Below, piece by piece: positions 21,159 through 31,005 of a stretch of DNA of 64,000 nt (position 1 is its first letter; each line of letters begins with the position of its first letter). Both the position numbers and the translations under genes were made by a program. Location: NCBI GenBank assembly GCA_965267575.1, contig OZ254086.1:1440001-1504000 (forward strand). Reading direction: 5' to 3'. The DNA comes from Calditrichales bacterium (GTDB taxonomy: Bacteria > Calditrichota > Calditrichia > Calditrichales > J004). Below the pieces are notes generated by a model, which saw only the letters and a program-made list of their open reading frames with translations, was not told the origin of the DNA and made no database searches.

Positions 21159-22244
21159 ATGATAATGATTACGAAAATGAAAAAGATTCTTGCGCTATGG
21201 TCGTTTTTATGCTTGGCGCTCTTTTGCAGCGAACAGCCAACCGACCCGCCGCCTGATGAAAAAGAGCTTTGTGAAATAACGGACACTACGAGTCATGCTT
21301 TTACCTGGCGAGTTGACACTCTTGGCGCTTTTGGAAGTGTATTGATGGACGTGGAAGCTGTTAGTGAAAACGAAGTGTGGGCATGCGGGGAAATCGAGCT
21401 TAAAGAGCGTCCGGAAGTTGACAGATACAATGTGGTAAGATGGAATGGGTCTGAGTACGAATTCTTGAAAGCAAAAGCATATGGCGGTGTCTCTCTTGCC
21501 GAAGCGATACTGCCCTTCCCTGATGGGACGGTCTGGGTATTTATGGCAGGTGTAGCGTATTCGTTTTGGAATGGAGATTCCTTTAAAACCGAATATTTTG
21601 ACGGAGAAGTGACCGGGCGGGTAATGGATGCCTGGGGCACCGCTACAGATGACTTTTATGTTGTCGGTCAATTCGGCTCAATCGCCCACTACGATGGTAC
21701 CTCTTTTACTCCGATGGAAAGCGGAACGGATATTACACTTTTCGAAATACAGGGCTATGTGGATCCGCAAACAAATAAGCAACATATCTGGGTTTTGGGC
21801 TTCGTGACCGGTCGCTCGGTTGTACTCAAGCTGGAAGACGGCGTTTGGAAACATATGTGGGAAATGGAGATGCTGCAGAATAACTTTCGCTTCCCGCAGT
21901 CTTTGTTCATTGATGATTCCGAAACGGTCGTCATGTCTGTGTGGAGTGGCCTGGATCAACGGGGCAGGCTTTATTGTTTTGACCAAAACGATTTTACCAA
22001 CTATCGACTGCTTGCCGAACATAGCGCGTATTCTCGGGGTTTTGGTGGAACGGGGATCAATGACCTTTTTGTCGCTGGCATTAATCAATATAATATTGTT
22101 CACTTTAATGGTTCCACGGTATTTCAATATAGCGAGCTCAGGGCCGCCGGTCTTCTAACTGAAATAGCAACCTTAAATGACAAAATATACATAGTGGGAG
22201 ATACTGCAGGCGGTGCTCATGCGGTAATCATGCATGGCTGGTAA
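21159..22244 (+). CDS. Putative beta-propeller-like lipoprotein, paralog 2
   Basis: MKKIL..ALFC-SEQPTDPPP signal; DTTSHAFTW; repeated WG..DD(F/I)YVVG..G.IAHYDG units. Confidence 0.75.
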   Translation: MIMITKMKKILALWSFLCLALFCSEQPTDPPPDEKELCEITDTTSHAFTWRVDTLGAFGSVLMDVEAVSENEVWACGEIELKERPEVDRYNVVRWNGSEYEFLKAKAYGGVSLAEAILPFPDGTVWVFMAGVAYSFWNGDSFKTEYFDGEVTGRVMDAWGTATDDFYVVGQFGSIAHYDGTSFTPMESGTDITLFEIQGYVDPQTNKQHIWVLGFVTGRSVVLKLEDGVWKHMWEMEMLQNNFRFPQSLFIDDSETVVMSVWSGLDQRGRLYCFDQNDFTNYRLLAEHSAYSRGFGGTGINDLFVAGINQYNIVHFNGSTVFQYSELRAAGLLTEIATLNDKIYIVGDTAGGAHAVIMHGW

Positions 22245-22248
22245 AAAT

Positions 22249-22276
22249 GTAGAGACGCAAAATCTTGCGTCTCTAC
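22249..22276 (+). repeat. GTAG-type REP palindrome, copy 3 (perfect arms)
   Basis: GTAGAGACGCAA-AATC-TTGCGTCTCTAC, 12-bp arms. Confidence 0.88.
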
Positions 22277-22294
22277 CTCCTTGGCACAAATCAC

Positions 22295-22561
22295 CTAAAA
22301 ATCAAAAAGATCATTCAGGAAATTTTTCTTCTTGCGTTTCTTGTAATCGTAATCATCATCGTAATCCTTGCGGTAGCTTTGTTCGCGCCGCTGGCTCTGG
22401 GCGGGTGCTTGTCCAAATCCGGCGGTGGCGCTGCGCTCGATGATTTTATCAAGCTCACCGCGGTCCAGCCAAACGCCGCGACACTGCGGGCAGTAGTCCA
22501 CTTCAATCCCCTGCCTGTCGGCGATTACAAGGGTTACATCTTTACATACCGGGCAATTCAT
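22295..22561 (-). CDS. zf-TFIIB-like zinc-ribbon protein
   Basis: CPVC..EVDYCPQCRGVWLDRGELDKII and C-terminal FLNDLFDF. Confidence 0.9.
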   Translation of the reverse strand: MNCPVCKDVTLVIADRQGIEVDYCPQCRGVWLDRGELDKIIERSATAGFGQAPAQSQRREQSYRKDYDDDYDYKKRKKKNFLNDLFDF

Positions 22562-22721
22562 ACTCTTTCTCCTTTGTGGGTAGTGTTTTCAATTACTCGC
22601 GTTAACGATAGACAAAAAATTAAGATTCCTGAAATCGGTTTGAAGAATTGATTTGCGAAAGGAGCCTTTTTATTTATATTTGCTAAGCGATTGTATGTTT
22701 TTACTAAGCAGGACTAAAGTT

Positions 22722-22979
22722 ATGATTAATCACAAATCAGTCAAAGTAAGCAACCGTTTTCAAATTGCACTTCCCAGCGAGGCGAGAAGGAAATTGAACA
22801 TTCATGCCGGCGACCGGCTTTTGGTTGATATTCAGGATGGAGCCATTGTGCTGGTACCGCGCCCGGACAGCTTTACAAAAAACCTGGCGGGACGCTACGC
22901 AAACATCTGGAGAGAGCTGAAGTCTGCTGAATATTTGGCGCAGGAGAGAAATGATTGGAAAGACTCAGTAAGCGGCTAA
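22722..22979 (+). CDS. AbrB/MazE/SpoVT-family antitoxin
   Basis: KVSNRFQIALPSEARRKLNIHAGDRL; start moved to ATG 22722; overlaps the PIN toxin gene. Confidence 0.85.
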   Translation: MINHKSVKVSNRFQIALPSEARRKLNIHAGDRLLVDIQDGAIVLVPRPDSFTKNLAGRYANIWRELKSAEYLAQERNDWKDSVSG

Positions 22980-23404
22980 AAAGCCATCAAATAGTTGCGC
23001 TGGATACTTCCATTTTAATTTATCATTTCGAAGCGCGCACAAAGTATCTGCCTTTAACGCATATCATTTTGGAAAATATCGAAACCGGAAATAACAAAGC
23101 CGTAATTTCCACCATTTCCCTAATGGAAATAGCCGTTGGGCCTTTGCGCTTTAAACGGCACGACATTGCCCAGCAATACGAAGCGCACCTGGCAAATTTT
23201 CCCAATCTTTACATTGCAGATATAACACGCGATGTCGCCCGCAAAGCAGCTTATATCCGGGCGGAAGATAAACTGGCTCCCCCCGACTCATTGCTTATTG
23301 CAAACGCGATTATTAATGGGGCGACGTTATGGCTTACTAATGATAAAAGACACGACAGGCTTAAAGCGGAAATAGACGTGTTGATCCTCGATGAGTTTCT
23401 ATAA
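22955..23404 (+). CDS. PIN-domain (VapC-family) toxin
   Basis: VALDTSILIY, TISLMEI, PPDSLLIA, LTND acidic PIN motifs. Confidence 0.88.
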   Translation: MERLSKRLKSHQIVALDTSILIYHFEARTKYLPLTHIILENIETGNNKAVISTISLMEIAVGPLRFKRHDIAQQYEAHLANFPNLYIADITRDVARKAAYIRAEDKLAPPDSLLIANAIINGATLWLTNDKRHDRLKAEIDVLILDEFL

Positions 23405-24448
23405 TCATCCATCATACCTCCCCACAGCCACTTCCGGGTGCAATTCACTACCAAACACTAAATAAGCTGCCATTTGCCGGGCGAAGTAGGGTGCCAGTGT
23501 TACGCCCTTTGTGCCAAGACCGTTAAAAATATGCAGACGCGACTCTTCCGGGTGTGTGCCGATGAAAGGTCGCCGGTCCTGGGTGGCCGGCCGTAATCCC
23601 GCCTGCTGATCCGTTACTTCAAAGGGCAGTCTTACCAGGCTTTTAATTTTTTTTGTAATGAATGTGCGGCCTTCCTCCGTTGTGTCGAGGTCGAAGCGGT
23701 CCCACTCGTAGGTGGAGCCGGCGCGGAAAAGCCCGTTGCCCAGGGGCAGCAGAAAAACACCTTTATTGAGAATAGCTTGTTGATTTAGCCCGGGACAATG
23801 AATCGTCAGCACCTCGCCCTTGTTGGGGTAGATTTCCAGATGCCGGAACCAGGGGTTTTCCTTCACCCGCCAGCCCTCGCAGAAAATCACGTGCCGCGCT
23901 TCCACATCTTTCCATCGTACGTCCTCTTTGCGCAGATCTAGATCGTCATAAGCGATATTTTGAGTGGTCAAAGCTTCGCTCTTCTCAAGATAGCTGCGCA
24001 TTTCATCCAGGAAAATTTCTGTATCCAGCCAGCCGCCATAGCGGAAAACGGCGTGGCCATGCGGCGCGTTCAACTGCCCTATATCCGGGCGAAAGTCCTC
24101 GTCGATAAAGGGTGCTGCTTCGGGGTCCGCCGCTTTCACCGACCAGTCGTTGGCCTGTTTGGCGGAATTAAAGACGCGTACCACTGGAAGGGGGAAGAAA
24201 AAGCGTTTGTCAAAAAAACGCTCCAGCTGTGGATAAATGGAATGGGCAAATGGAAAAAGTTCGTCGGCCAGCCAGGTAAGCACCATCTTTTTGCCGGTGA
24301 CAGGATTGATGATACCGGCAGCAACGCGTGATGAGTGGGCACCGCTGCGGGCGTCGGCGACTAGCACACGTTTGCCATGCTGCATCAGAAACCAGGCCAG
24401 CCAGCTTCCGGCCAAACCCTGCCCGGCGATCAGGTAATCAACCTGCAT
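23405..24448 (-). CDS. FAD-dependent oxidoreductase (DAO/glycine oxidase-like)
   Basis: GQGLAG Rossmann motif, SSRVAAGIINP, AGLRPAT.DRRP, NGLGTKG. Confidence 0.88.
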   Translation of the reverse strand: MQVDYLIAGQGLAGSWLAWFLMQHGKRVLVADARSGAHSSRVAAGIINPVTGKKMVLTWLADELFPFAHSIYPQLERFFDKRFFFPLPVVRVFNSAKQANDWSVKAADPEAAPFIDEDFRPDIGQLNAPHGHAVFRYGGWLDTEIFLDEMRSYLEKSEALTTQNIAYDDLDLRKEDVRWKDVEARHVIFCEGWRVKENPWFRHLEIYPNKGEVLTIHCPGLNQQAILNKGVFLLPLGNGLFRAGSTYEWDRFDLDTTEEGRTFITKKIKSLVRLPFEVTDQQAGLRPATQDRRPFIGTHPEESRLHIFNGLGTKGVTLAPYFARQMAAYLVFGSELHPEVAVGRYDG

Positions 24449-24803
24449 CCAGCTCCTCGCGTTTGGCGCGTGGCAGGCTTTTAACGATCAGATCGTAGCT
24501 GTCACGGACCAACTCTTCTAAAAATTCAGTGGCAAGGCTGCCGTCCAGCTGCACGGTGTTCCAGTGCTTTTTGTTCATGTGATAACCCGGCGTGATGGCG
24601 GGGTGCTTTTGGCGCAAAGCAATCGCGAAAACGGGGTCGCATTTCAGGTTCATACTGACGGGTTCATCCAGGCTGAGCAGGCAAAACATTTTGCTGCCCA
24701 CGCGGAACACCATCGGGTCCGGGCCAAAGGGGAAATCGTGGGTTACTCCGTTAAGAGAATGGCAGTAGTTGATGATGTGTTGCGCGATCTTATTGACGTC
24801 CAT
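24438..24803 (-). CDS. MmcQ/YjbR family protein
   Basis: FPFG..VFRVGSKMF, NLKCDP, PGYHMNKKHWN; ATG 24803. Confidence 0.92.
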   Translation of the reverse strand: MDVNKIAQHIINYCHSLNGVTHDFPFGPDPMVFRVGSKMFCLLSLDEPVSMNLKCDPVFAIALRQKHPAITPGYHMNKKHWNTVQLDGSLATEFLEELVRDSYDLIVKSLPRAKREELDAG

Positions 24804-24932
24804 GCTGAAAAATAGCAAAAAGCAGGCAGAAGCGACAGTTCAACCGCAATCATTTTATCCGCTTGCAGGCATCTTTCAATAACCGCGGCGCGTTGCTATA
24901 TTGCAGCCGAGCAATCGTAAACGGACATTGAA

Positions 24933-25481
24933 ATGTTTTTTGAAGAAGTAACTATTTTTGGTGACGTCTTTCGTTTTTACAGCAAGGCTCTGGCCTTTCC
25001 GTATAATGAAATGGGCTTTGAGTTTCAGCATCTTTTCCGGCAAATGGAGGTAGCCTGCCGCAGCGATGAGGATGAGCAACTTGCCGCCCGCGTTCTGCAG
25101 GTGATCAATAATTTCCAGGGTGAAGAGATTAGCGCCCTGCAGGCCGAATATACGCGCATGTTCACACATGAGCCCGCGTCCAGGCCGGATGTCTCTATTT
25201 ACATGGCGGATTACAGTAACAGCGAGACGGCAGACGCGTTGATTGCCCGCATGTATGAAAGCGATCTGGGCGATATGTATGATGAGACGCCGGAAACGAT
25301 CACACACTTGTTAAATTACGCGGCGCAGATTTCTGACGAAAATGATCCTGAAAGCCAATTATCAGAGCTGCCGCAAATAATCAATCCCTTCAGCCAGCAC
25401 CTGTACAAAGGCACTACATTGGGCTTTTACAAGGAAGTGGCCAAAGGGCTCAGCGAAATCTGCCTTGTCATAACCAGCTAA
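24933..25481 (+). CDS. TorD/DmsD/NarJ-like chaperone-fold protein
   Basis: ALAFP, LQAEYTRMF, ETPETITHLL, GFYKEVA resemble the redox-enzyme maturation chaperone pattern. Confidence 0.6.
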   Translation: MFFEEVTIFGDVFRFYSKALAFPYNEMGFEFQHLFRQMEVACRSDEDEQLAARVLQVINNFQGEEISALQAEYTRMFTHEPASRPDVSIYMADYSNSETADALIARMYESDLGDMYDETPETITHLLNYAAQISDENDPESQLSELPQIINPFSQHLYKGTTLGFYKEVAKGLSEICLVITS

Positions 25482-25489
25482 AAAACCAT

Positions 25490-27892
25490 ATGGCCATTCG
25501 TGTTGATGGGCGGGATATTTATCTTGCCGTGAGGGACCTGGCTCCTGCAGCGGATGACGGACCGCTGCTTTCCTCTTTTCCGCTGCCACGCCGTGGTGCT
25601 TTGGGTCAGCGTGCTCAAAAATATTTTCAGCGCCAGAAAAAACAAACCGGGCTTTTCCACAGCGAATATCACATCAGCCGCAGCTACGAGCAGGATGGAT
25701 TCCGCTTTCACCTCTCCGGGCGCATCGATGGCATTTACGCGATGCCGGGCAAGCTGGAGGTGGAAGAGATCAAAAGCGTAATCTTAAACCGCGCGGCTTT
25801 TAAATCCCTTCAACCGCAAAATATGCCGCACTTTACCGAGCAGCTTCTCACCTACGCGCTGATGCTCGCCCAGGAAAAACCGAACGAAAAAATCCGCCCT
25901 TACCTGATTCTGATCAACCTGACGGACCTGAGTGAGAAAAAAGTAGAGCTCGACCTGGACCGCAAAGTGCGGGAAGCCGTTCTGCGCAAAAAACTTGCCG
26001 ATATTGCACGGCGCACCGAAGACGAAATGACCGCACGCGAGATTCGCAAAGACCAGGCCTCGCGTATGATCCCCGAGCCTGTGGAAGAGCGGCCGCAACA
26101 AAGGGAGATGGTGGCCTGCGTTCAGCGGACGGTGGAGCAGGGCGGACAGCTTCTCGTTTCTGCACCAACAGGGACAGGCAAAACAGCGGCGGCGCTTTAC
26201 CCTGCTTTGAGCTATGCCTGGGCCAATGGCAAAAAGGTCATTTTCCTAACCCCCAAGAACAGCCAGCATGAAGTGGTAATCGACGCTCTGCGCCCCGTGC
26301 GGCAGGCCAATCCGGATCTGCGCTGGGCCATACTGAAGGCGGCCCGCAAGCTGTGCGCCAACGACATCTTTTTCTGTCACGAAGCGCATTGCAGCTATGC
26401 CGAAGATTTCCGTAAGCGGCTGGACAGCAGCAATCTAACCGGCAGGCTGATCCAACGCGGCATAATGCGGCCGGAAGATATATTTGACCAGGCCCGTGGT
26501 GAAATGCTATGTCCGGCAGAAGTAAACAGCGATCTGGCTGTGCGCGCCGATGTTATCGTCGGCGATTACAACTATGTGTTTGATCCGGCCGCCCGCTTTA
26601 ACCGGCTTTTTCAAAAAACAGCCGAAAGCGATTGTATTCTTATCATCGATGAGGCGCACAATCTATACGACCGGGGACGCCACTACCTGTCACCCACACT
26701 CTCGCGCAGAAAAACGGCGTTGCTTCTGGAGCATGCGTCGTCGTACCATTTGGCTGTCTACAAAAAGCTGGCCCGCGCCCTTAAGGAGATCAAAAGCGTT
26801 TTTGACGCTCTGCAGCAGGAAGGTGAAACCGCGCATGAATCGCAACAATACATGGCGGTCCAGCCAGATGTGGCGCGTTGGCGTGAACTGCAGGCGGCCT
26901 ATGAAGCCGCTTACGTGGCTTACCTGATCTACCGCGTTAAAAAAAATATTGTGCAGGCGGAAGATCCCTTTGAAGACTATTTTTATAATCTGCAGCGTTT
27001 CGCGCGCACCCTGCGCCTGCTGGATGATTCCTTCCGGGTCTACTATGACGCTGCCGATGGCGGTGTGCTCAAGTTGTTTTGCTGCGATCCCGCGCTGCAT
27101 CTGGCCAATATCTTGCAGCGTTTTCATGCGGTGATTGCCATGTCTGCCACGCTCGATCCAATGGCTTATTACCGTGAGGTGCTGGGCTTCGATGCCAATG
27201 CCGATACTTTGCGGCTTGATTCGCCGTTTCCTTCACAAAACCGCAAAGTGGTGATCGTGCCGAATGTCTCTACGTTGTATAAAGACCGTACCGACAGCTA
27301 TCCGCGCATCGCCGAGATCCTGATGCGTTCCGTAGCGCTGAGGCAGGGCAATTACCTGGCTTTCTTCCCAAGTTATGAGTACATGCAAAACGTAAAGCTT
27401 TTTATGGGACGGGCGCCATTTGAGATTTATATGCAGCGTCCCTCGATGGGGCAGGCAGAAGTTGAAAGCATTCTTGCCGAAATAAAAAATAACGGACGCG
27501 GCCAATTGCTTATGGCCGTTATGGGCGGGATATTCGCGGAAGGCATTGATTTCAAAGGTGACATGGCCATCGGCGTATTTGTGATCAGCCCGGCCCTGCC
27601 ACGGGTGGACTTTGAGCGGCGGCTTTTGCACGAGTATTATGAAAATAAGAACGGTAGTGGCACCGCCTATGCCTATCATTATCCCGGTATGAATAAAGTA
27701 ATCCAGTCTGTGGGTCGGCTAATCCGCGGGCACAGCGATAAAGGTGTGGCGGTTTTGATCGGAAAGCGATTCGCCGAGGATCATCTTAACGGACTTTTGC
27801 CCGATTATTGGTTTGGCGCCACCAGAAGCGTTGTTATCAGTGCAGATTATGAGAACGAGTTGAAGGATTTTTGGTCATCCATTCAAAAGTAA
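25490..27892 (+). CDS. DinG/Rad3-family Fe-S helicase with N-terminal PD-(D/E)xK nuclease-like domain
   Basis: SGRIDG..EEIKS; Walker A APTGTGKT; four Cys (LC..FCHEAHC..LCP); DEAH; SATL; QSVGRLIR. Confidence 0.9.
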   Translation: MAIRVDGRDIYLAVRDLAPAADDGPLLSSFPLPRRGALGQRAQKYFQRQKKQTGLFHSEYHISRSYEQDGFRFHLSGRIDGIYAMPGKLEVEEIKSVILNRAAFKSLQPQNMPHFTEQLLTYALMLAQEKPNEKIRPYLILINLTDLSEKKVELDLDRKVREAVLRKKLADIARRTEDEMTAREIRKDQASRMIPEPVEERPQQREMVACVQRTVEQGGQLLVSAPTGTGKTAAALYPALSYAWANGKKVIFLTPKNSQHEVVIDALRPVRQANPDLRWAILKAARKLCANDIFFCHEAHCSYAEDFRKRLDSSNLTGRLIQRGIMRPEDIFDQARGEMLCPAEVNSDLAVRADVIVGDYNYVFDPAARFNRLFQKTAESDCILIIDEAHNLYDRGRHYLSPTLSRRKTALLLEHASSYHLAVYKKLARALKEIKSVFDALQQEGETAHESQQYMAVQPDVARWRELQAAYEAAYVAYLIYRVKKNIVQAEDPFEDYFYNLQRFARTLRLLDDSFRVYYDAADGGVLKLFCCDPALHLANILQRFHAVIAMSATLDPMAYYREVLGFDANADTLRLDSPFPSQNRKVVIVPNVSTLYKDRTDSYPRIAEILMRSVALRQGNYLAFFPSYEYMQNVKLFMGRAPFEIYMQRPSMGQAEVESILAEIKNNGRGQLLMAVMGGIFAEGIDFKGDMAIGVFVISPALPRVDFERRLLHEYYENKNGSGTAYAYHYPGMNKVIQSVGRLIRGHSDKGVAVLIGKRFAEDHLNGLLPDYWFGATRSVVISADYENELKDFWSSIQK

Positions 27893-27896
27893 AATT

Positions 27897-30626
27897 ATGG
27901 ACTATTCAAACTATACCCGCGAACAATTAATAGAGCGCCTGAAACAGCTGGAGCTGCGTGATGCGGTATCCGCCGTTAATACCCAACCGGGCGATACGGA
28001 AAGCCTTGTTCTCGACAGCCTGCCTGTTGCCGTAATCCGTTTTAACAAAACAGGCCGCATGCTTGCCACGAACCGGTTCAGCCATATTATCTTTGCCGCC
28101 CTATCCGATCCGCTTGCGGGTTACAGCAACATTGAAGACAGCCCGGCGGTAAAGCTGATGCAGCTGGAAGAGCCGCTACACAATCTAATTGCCAAAGACA
28201 AGGAGTTTGATTTTGAGACGGAGGGCCTGAGCAGCGGCAAGTATGTACGTTATATGCGCTGCATCGGCCGTGTGTTGCACCCTGGCAATGAAAGCGAAAA
28301 TCAATATGTGCTGATTGTCGGTGATATCACCCAGCGAAAGATCATCGCTTCGCGTTATATCGAGCACAGTTACAACTATAAGGCGCTATTCAAAGTGTCG
28401 CCCAATGCCATTCTGCTGGCCGACGACAACGGCATCATCATCGATGTTAACCCGGCCCTTTATAAATCGCTTGGCTACGAAAAAGATGACTTGATCGGGA
28501 AGAATGTAAAAATATTGGCGCACCCTGAGAACGTAACCGAGGTGGAACGCAATATAAGCCAGATTTTGCGTGGCGACACGTTGCGTCATACCGTAAAAAG
28601 CCGCACGAAAAAAGGTGATATTGTCTACATGGAGCTTCATGAGCGGCGCGTTTTGCTAGCCAACAACCGATACGGTTTTATAAGCGTGGGGCGCAATATC
28701 ACGGAGCGTGTGCTGGCCGAACAGGCCCTCAAAAGTGCCCGCGATCAGCTGCAGGCGGTTATCGATGCGGTGCCGGGAGGTATCAGCTGGATTGGGCGCG
28801 ACCTGCGCTATATCGGCGTGAACCGCCACTTGTGGGAAAGCCATAAGGTCGAAGCGAATGAGTTCATCGGGAAAAAGGTGGATGAATTCGTACCGGTAAG
28901 CGAGGGTTTTATCCAGTTTGCCAAGTCCTTTTTTGCCACCGACCGAACAAAGGACAGTTGCGAAATACAGGATGATTTTGCGGGGCGCAAACGGACATCG
29001 CTGATTGTGGCGCAGAAGTATTCTTCCGGTAACGCCGCCGTTTTTGTTGATATTGATATTACGGAAAGCCGCCACGCCATGGAGCAGCTTGAGGAGGAAC
29101 GCAACTTTAACCGCAGCCTCGTGGAAGCCGCTCCCGCGATCATCGTTATTTTGGAAAAGCCGGATCTGATACGTGAAATAAATAAATACGGCCTGCAACT
29201 GAGCGGCTATCGCCGGGATCAGGTGATAAACAAAAGCTGGATGGAATGTTTCGCGTCGCGCAACGATGAGGAAGATGCCAGGGAGCTTTTAAAAGACATG
29301 TTTATCGAAGGGAAGATGGCGGAAGGCCGGCTGGCATCTTTATACACGCATGACGGCAAGCAGCGGCGCGTTTTGTGGCACAACAGCCTGCTGTCCCGCG
29401 GCACCCGGCAGAACCTGGTTATTGCAGTCGGTATCGATGTAACGGAAAACCTGCGTCTTGAGGAGCAGTTGAGGCAGTCGATCAAGATGGATGCGATTGG
29501 AAAACTGGCAGGAGGCGTCGCTCACGATTTTAACAATCTGCTTACCATAATTAACGGCTATTGCGAACTGCTGTCTCTGGACAAAAAACTGGAGGAGGAG
29601 TCGCAATCCAAGATCGTGCAGATCAGGGATGCGGCGGAGCGGGCGGCGGGCTTAACGTCGCAGTTGCTGGCTTTTAGCCGGCGGCAGATGCTAAAGCCGA
29701 CAATTGTCGATTTGAGCGACTTGGTGCGCAATATGAGTAAGATGGTCTCACGGGTGCTGGATGAAAATATTCGTTTTGAAACGCGCCTGGCTGAAGACCT
29801 GTTTAAGATCAAGGCCGATCCCAACCAGATTGAAAGCGCGCTTCTGAATCTGATCATCAACGCGCGAGACGCCATGCCCGATGGCGGCGAACTGCTAATA
29901 GCAACGGAAAACCTGCATCTGGATGAAGCGGCTGAGTTTAACAGGACGCTGCTGCCGGCCGGTGAATACGTCAAGCTTTCGATACGCGACTCGGGCAAGG
30001 GGATTGCGGAAAACATCCAGGACAAGGTTTTTGAGCCATTTTTTACAACGAAGGATATCGGGCATGGAACCGGCCTTGGACTATCCATGGTTTATGGTGT
30101 GATTAAGCAAACGGGCGGGCACATTGCGCTGGAAAGCGAAGCGGGCAAGGGAGCCTGTTTTAATATTTTCCTGCCCCGCACGAAAGAAAAGGCGCCGCAA
30201 ATAAAGCGCGACGGGCGGGTACATAAAAAGCCTGAGGCCCACTACGGTATTCTTGTTGTTGAAGATGACGATAAAGTGCGCAAGCTGGTTTGCGATATAC
30301 TGGTATCCAACGGCTACGTGGTGCGCAATGCCGCAGACGGCAAAAAGGGACTGCTCGCTTTTCAGGCGGAACCGGAAAAAATAAAGCTTGTTTTAACCGA
30401 TGTTGTCATGCCCGTAATGAACGGCCCGGAGATGGCCAGGCACATCCTCCAGATAAAGCCCTCTGTAAAGATTCTTTATATGTCGGGCCACCCTTATGAT
30501 GTGATGCAGGGGAAGGGTCTTTTGCAATCGGAGGCGGAAATGATCAAGAAGCCTTTCACGCTGGACGAACTTCTGTTGAGGATCAGCGGTCTGGCCGAAA
30601 AAAGCGACCCGAATGAGGTGCTATAA
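27897..30626 (+). CDS. Cytoplasmic multi-PAS hybrid histidine kinase
   Basis: PAS repeats, GGVAHDFNNLL, FEPFFTTK..GTGLGL, receiver VEDD..LTDVVMP..KKPF. Confidence 0.93.
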   Translation: MDYSNYTREQLIERLKQLELRDAVSAVNTQPGDTESLVLDSLPVAVIRFNKTGRMLATNRFSHIIFAALSDPLAGYSNIEDSPAVKLMQLEEPLHNLIAKDKEFDFETEGLSSGKYVRYMRCIGRVLHPGNESENQYVLIVGDITQRKIIASRYIEHSYNYKALFKVSPNAILLADDNGIIIDVNPALYKSLGYEKDDLIGKNVKILAHPENVTEVERNISQILRGDTLRHTVKSRTKKGDIVYMELHERRVLLANNRYGFISVGRNITERVLAEQALKSARDQLQAVIDAVPGGISWIGRDLRYIGVNRHLWESHKVEANEFIGKKVDEFVPVSEGFIQFAKSFFATDRTKDSCEIQDDFAGRKRTSLIVAQKYSSGNAAVFVDIDITESRHAMEQLEEERNFNRSLVEAAPAIIVILEKPDLIREINKYGLQLSGYRRDQVINKSWMECFASRNDEEDARELLKDMFIEGKMAEGRLASLYTHDGKQRRVLWHNSLLSRGTRQNLVIAVGIDVTENLRLEEQLRQSIKMDAIGKLAGGVAHDFNNLLTIINGYCELLSLDKKLEEESQSKIVQIRDAAERAAGLTSQLLAFSRRQMLKPTIVDLSDLVRNMSKMVSRVLDENIRFETRLAEDLFKIKADPNQIESALLNLIINARDAMPDGGELLIATENLHLDEAAEFNRTLLPAGEYVKLSIRDSGKGIAENIQDKVFEPFFTTKDIGHGTGLGLSMVYGVIKQTGGHIALESEAGKGACFNIFLPRTKEKAPQIKRDGRVHKKPEAHYGILVVEDDDKVRKLVCDILVSNGYVVRNAADGKKGLLAFQAEPEKIKLVLTDVVMPVMNGPEMARHILQIKPSVKILYMSGHPYDVMQGKGLLQSEAEMIKKPFTLDELLLRISGLAEKSDPNEVL

Positions 30627-30629
30627 TTT

Positions 30630-30658
30630 TTGATTTGAAAAAACAATCATCGTATATT
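30630..30658 (+). promoter_or_regulatory. Putative sigma-70 promoter for tRNA-Leu
   Basis: TTGATT-17 bp-TATATT ending 13 nt before the tRNA. Confidence 0.55.
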
Positions 30659-30671
30659 TAAAAGCTCTGAT

Positions 30672-30755
30672 GCGAAAGTGGTGGAATTGGTAGACGCGCT
30701 AGGTTCAGGGTCTAGTGGGCGCAAGCCCGTGGGGGTTCGAGTCCCCCCTTTCGCA
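30672..30755 (+). tRNA. tRNA-Leu (anticodon CAG), CCA not encoded
   Basis: Acceptor GCGAAAG/CTTTCGC, D-loop GGAATTGGTAGAC, anticodon loop TTCAGGG, long variable arm, GGTTCGAGTCC. Confidence 0.96.
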
Positions 30756-30764
30756 CAGCAACGG

Positions 30765-30790
30765 GCCCCGCTAAAACGGGGCTTTTTTTT
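30765..30790 (+). terminator. Intrinsic terminator after tRNA-Leu
   Basis: GCCCCG-ctaaaa-CGGGGC followed by T8. Confidence 0.85.
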
Positions 30791-31005
30791 ATTCATCTTT
30801 TTCATTTTCTTAATCTTTATCTTTTTCAAAACAATCCGGCATGAAGCCGGGAAGGCAATTATTAGTCTTGCTGCGTTTATGAAGCTGTTGGCAGTTACCG
30901 GCTAAATCCTGAAAATCCCAATCTTTTATATAATCGCCTTTCATTAACGATGCGAACGTTGTAAATTTTTGTGCTTCCCTGTAACCGAATGAGGAGGAAA
31001 TTTAC

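Noticed and set aside
19983-22276. CRISPR array or integron attC array
   Set aside because: Spacing is about 1.1 kb with whole genes between repeats; no cas or intI gene in the window; the hairpins lack attC R-box and extrahelical-base structure
25490-27892. Type IV CRISPR Csf4/CasDinG or a Cas4 defence system
   Set aside because: No cas neighbours; the architecture fits stand-alone repair DinG proteins
30647-30905. ORFs of 60 and 75 aa
   Set aside because: They overlap the tRNA and a low-complexity repeat
30672-31005. Island integrated at tRNA-Leu
   Set aside because: No integrase and no duplicated tRNA 3' end noticed; the tRNA is followed by a terminator and fumC
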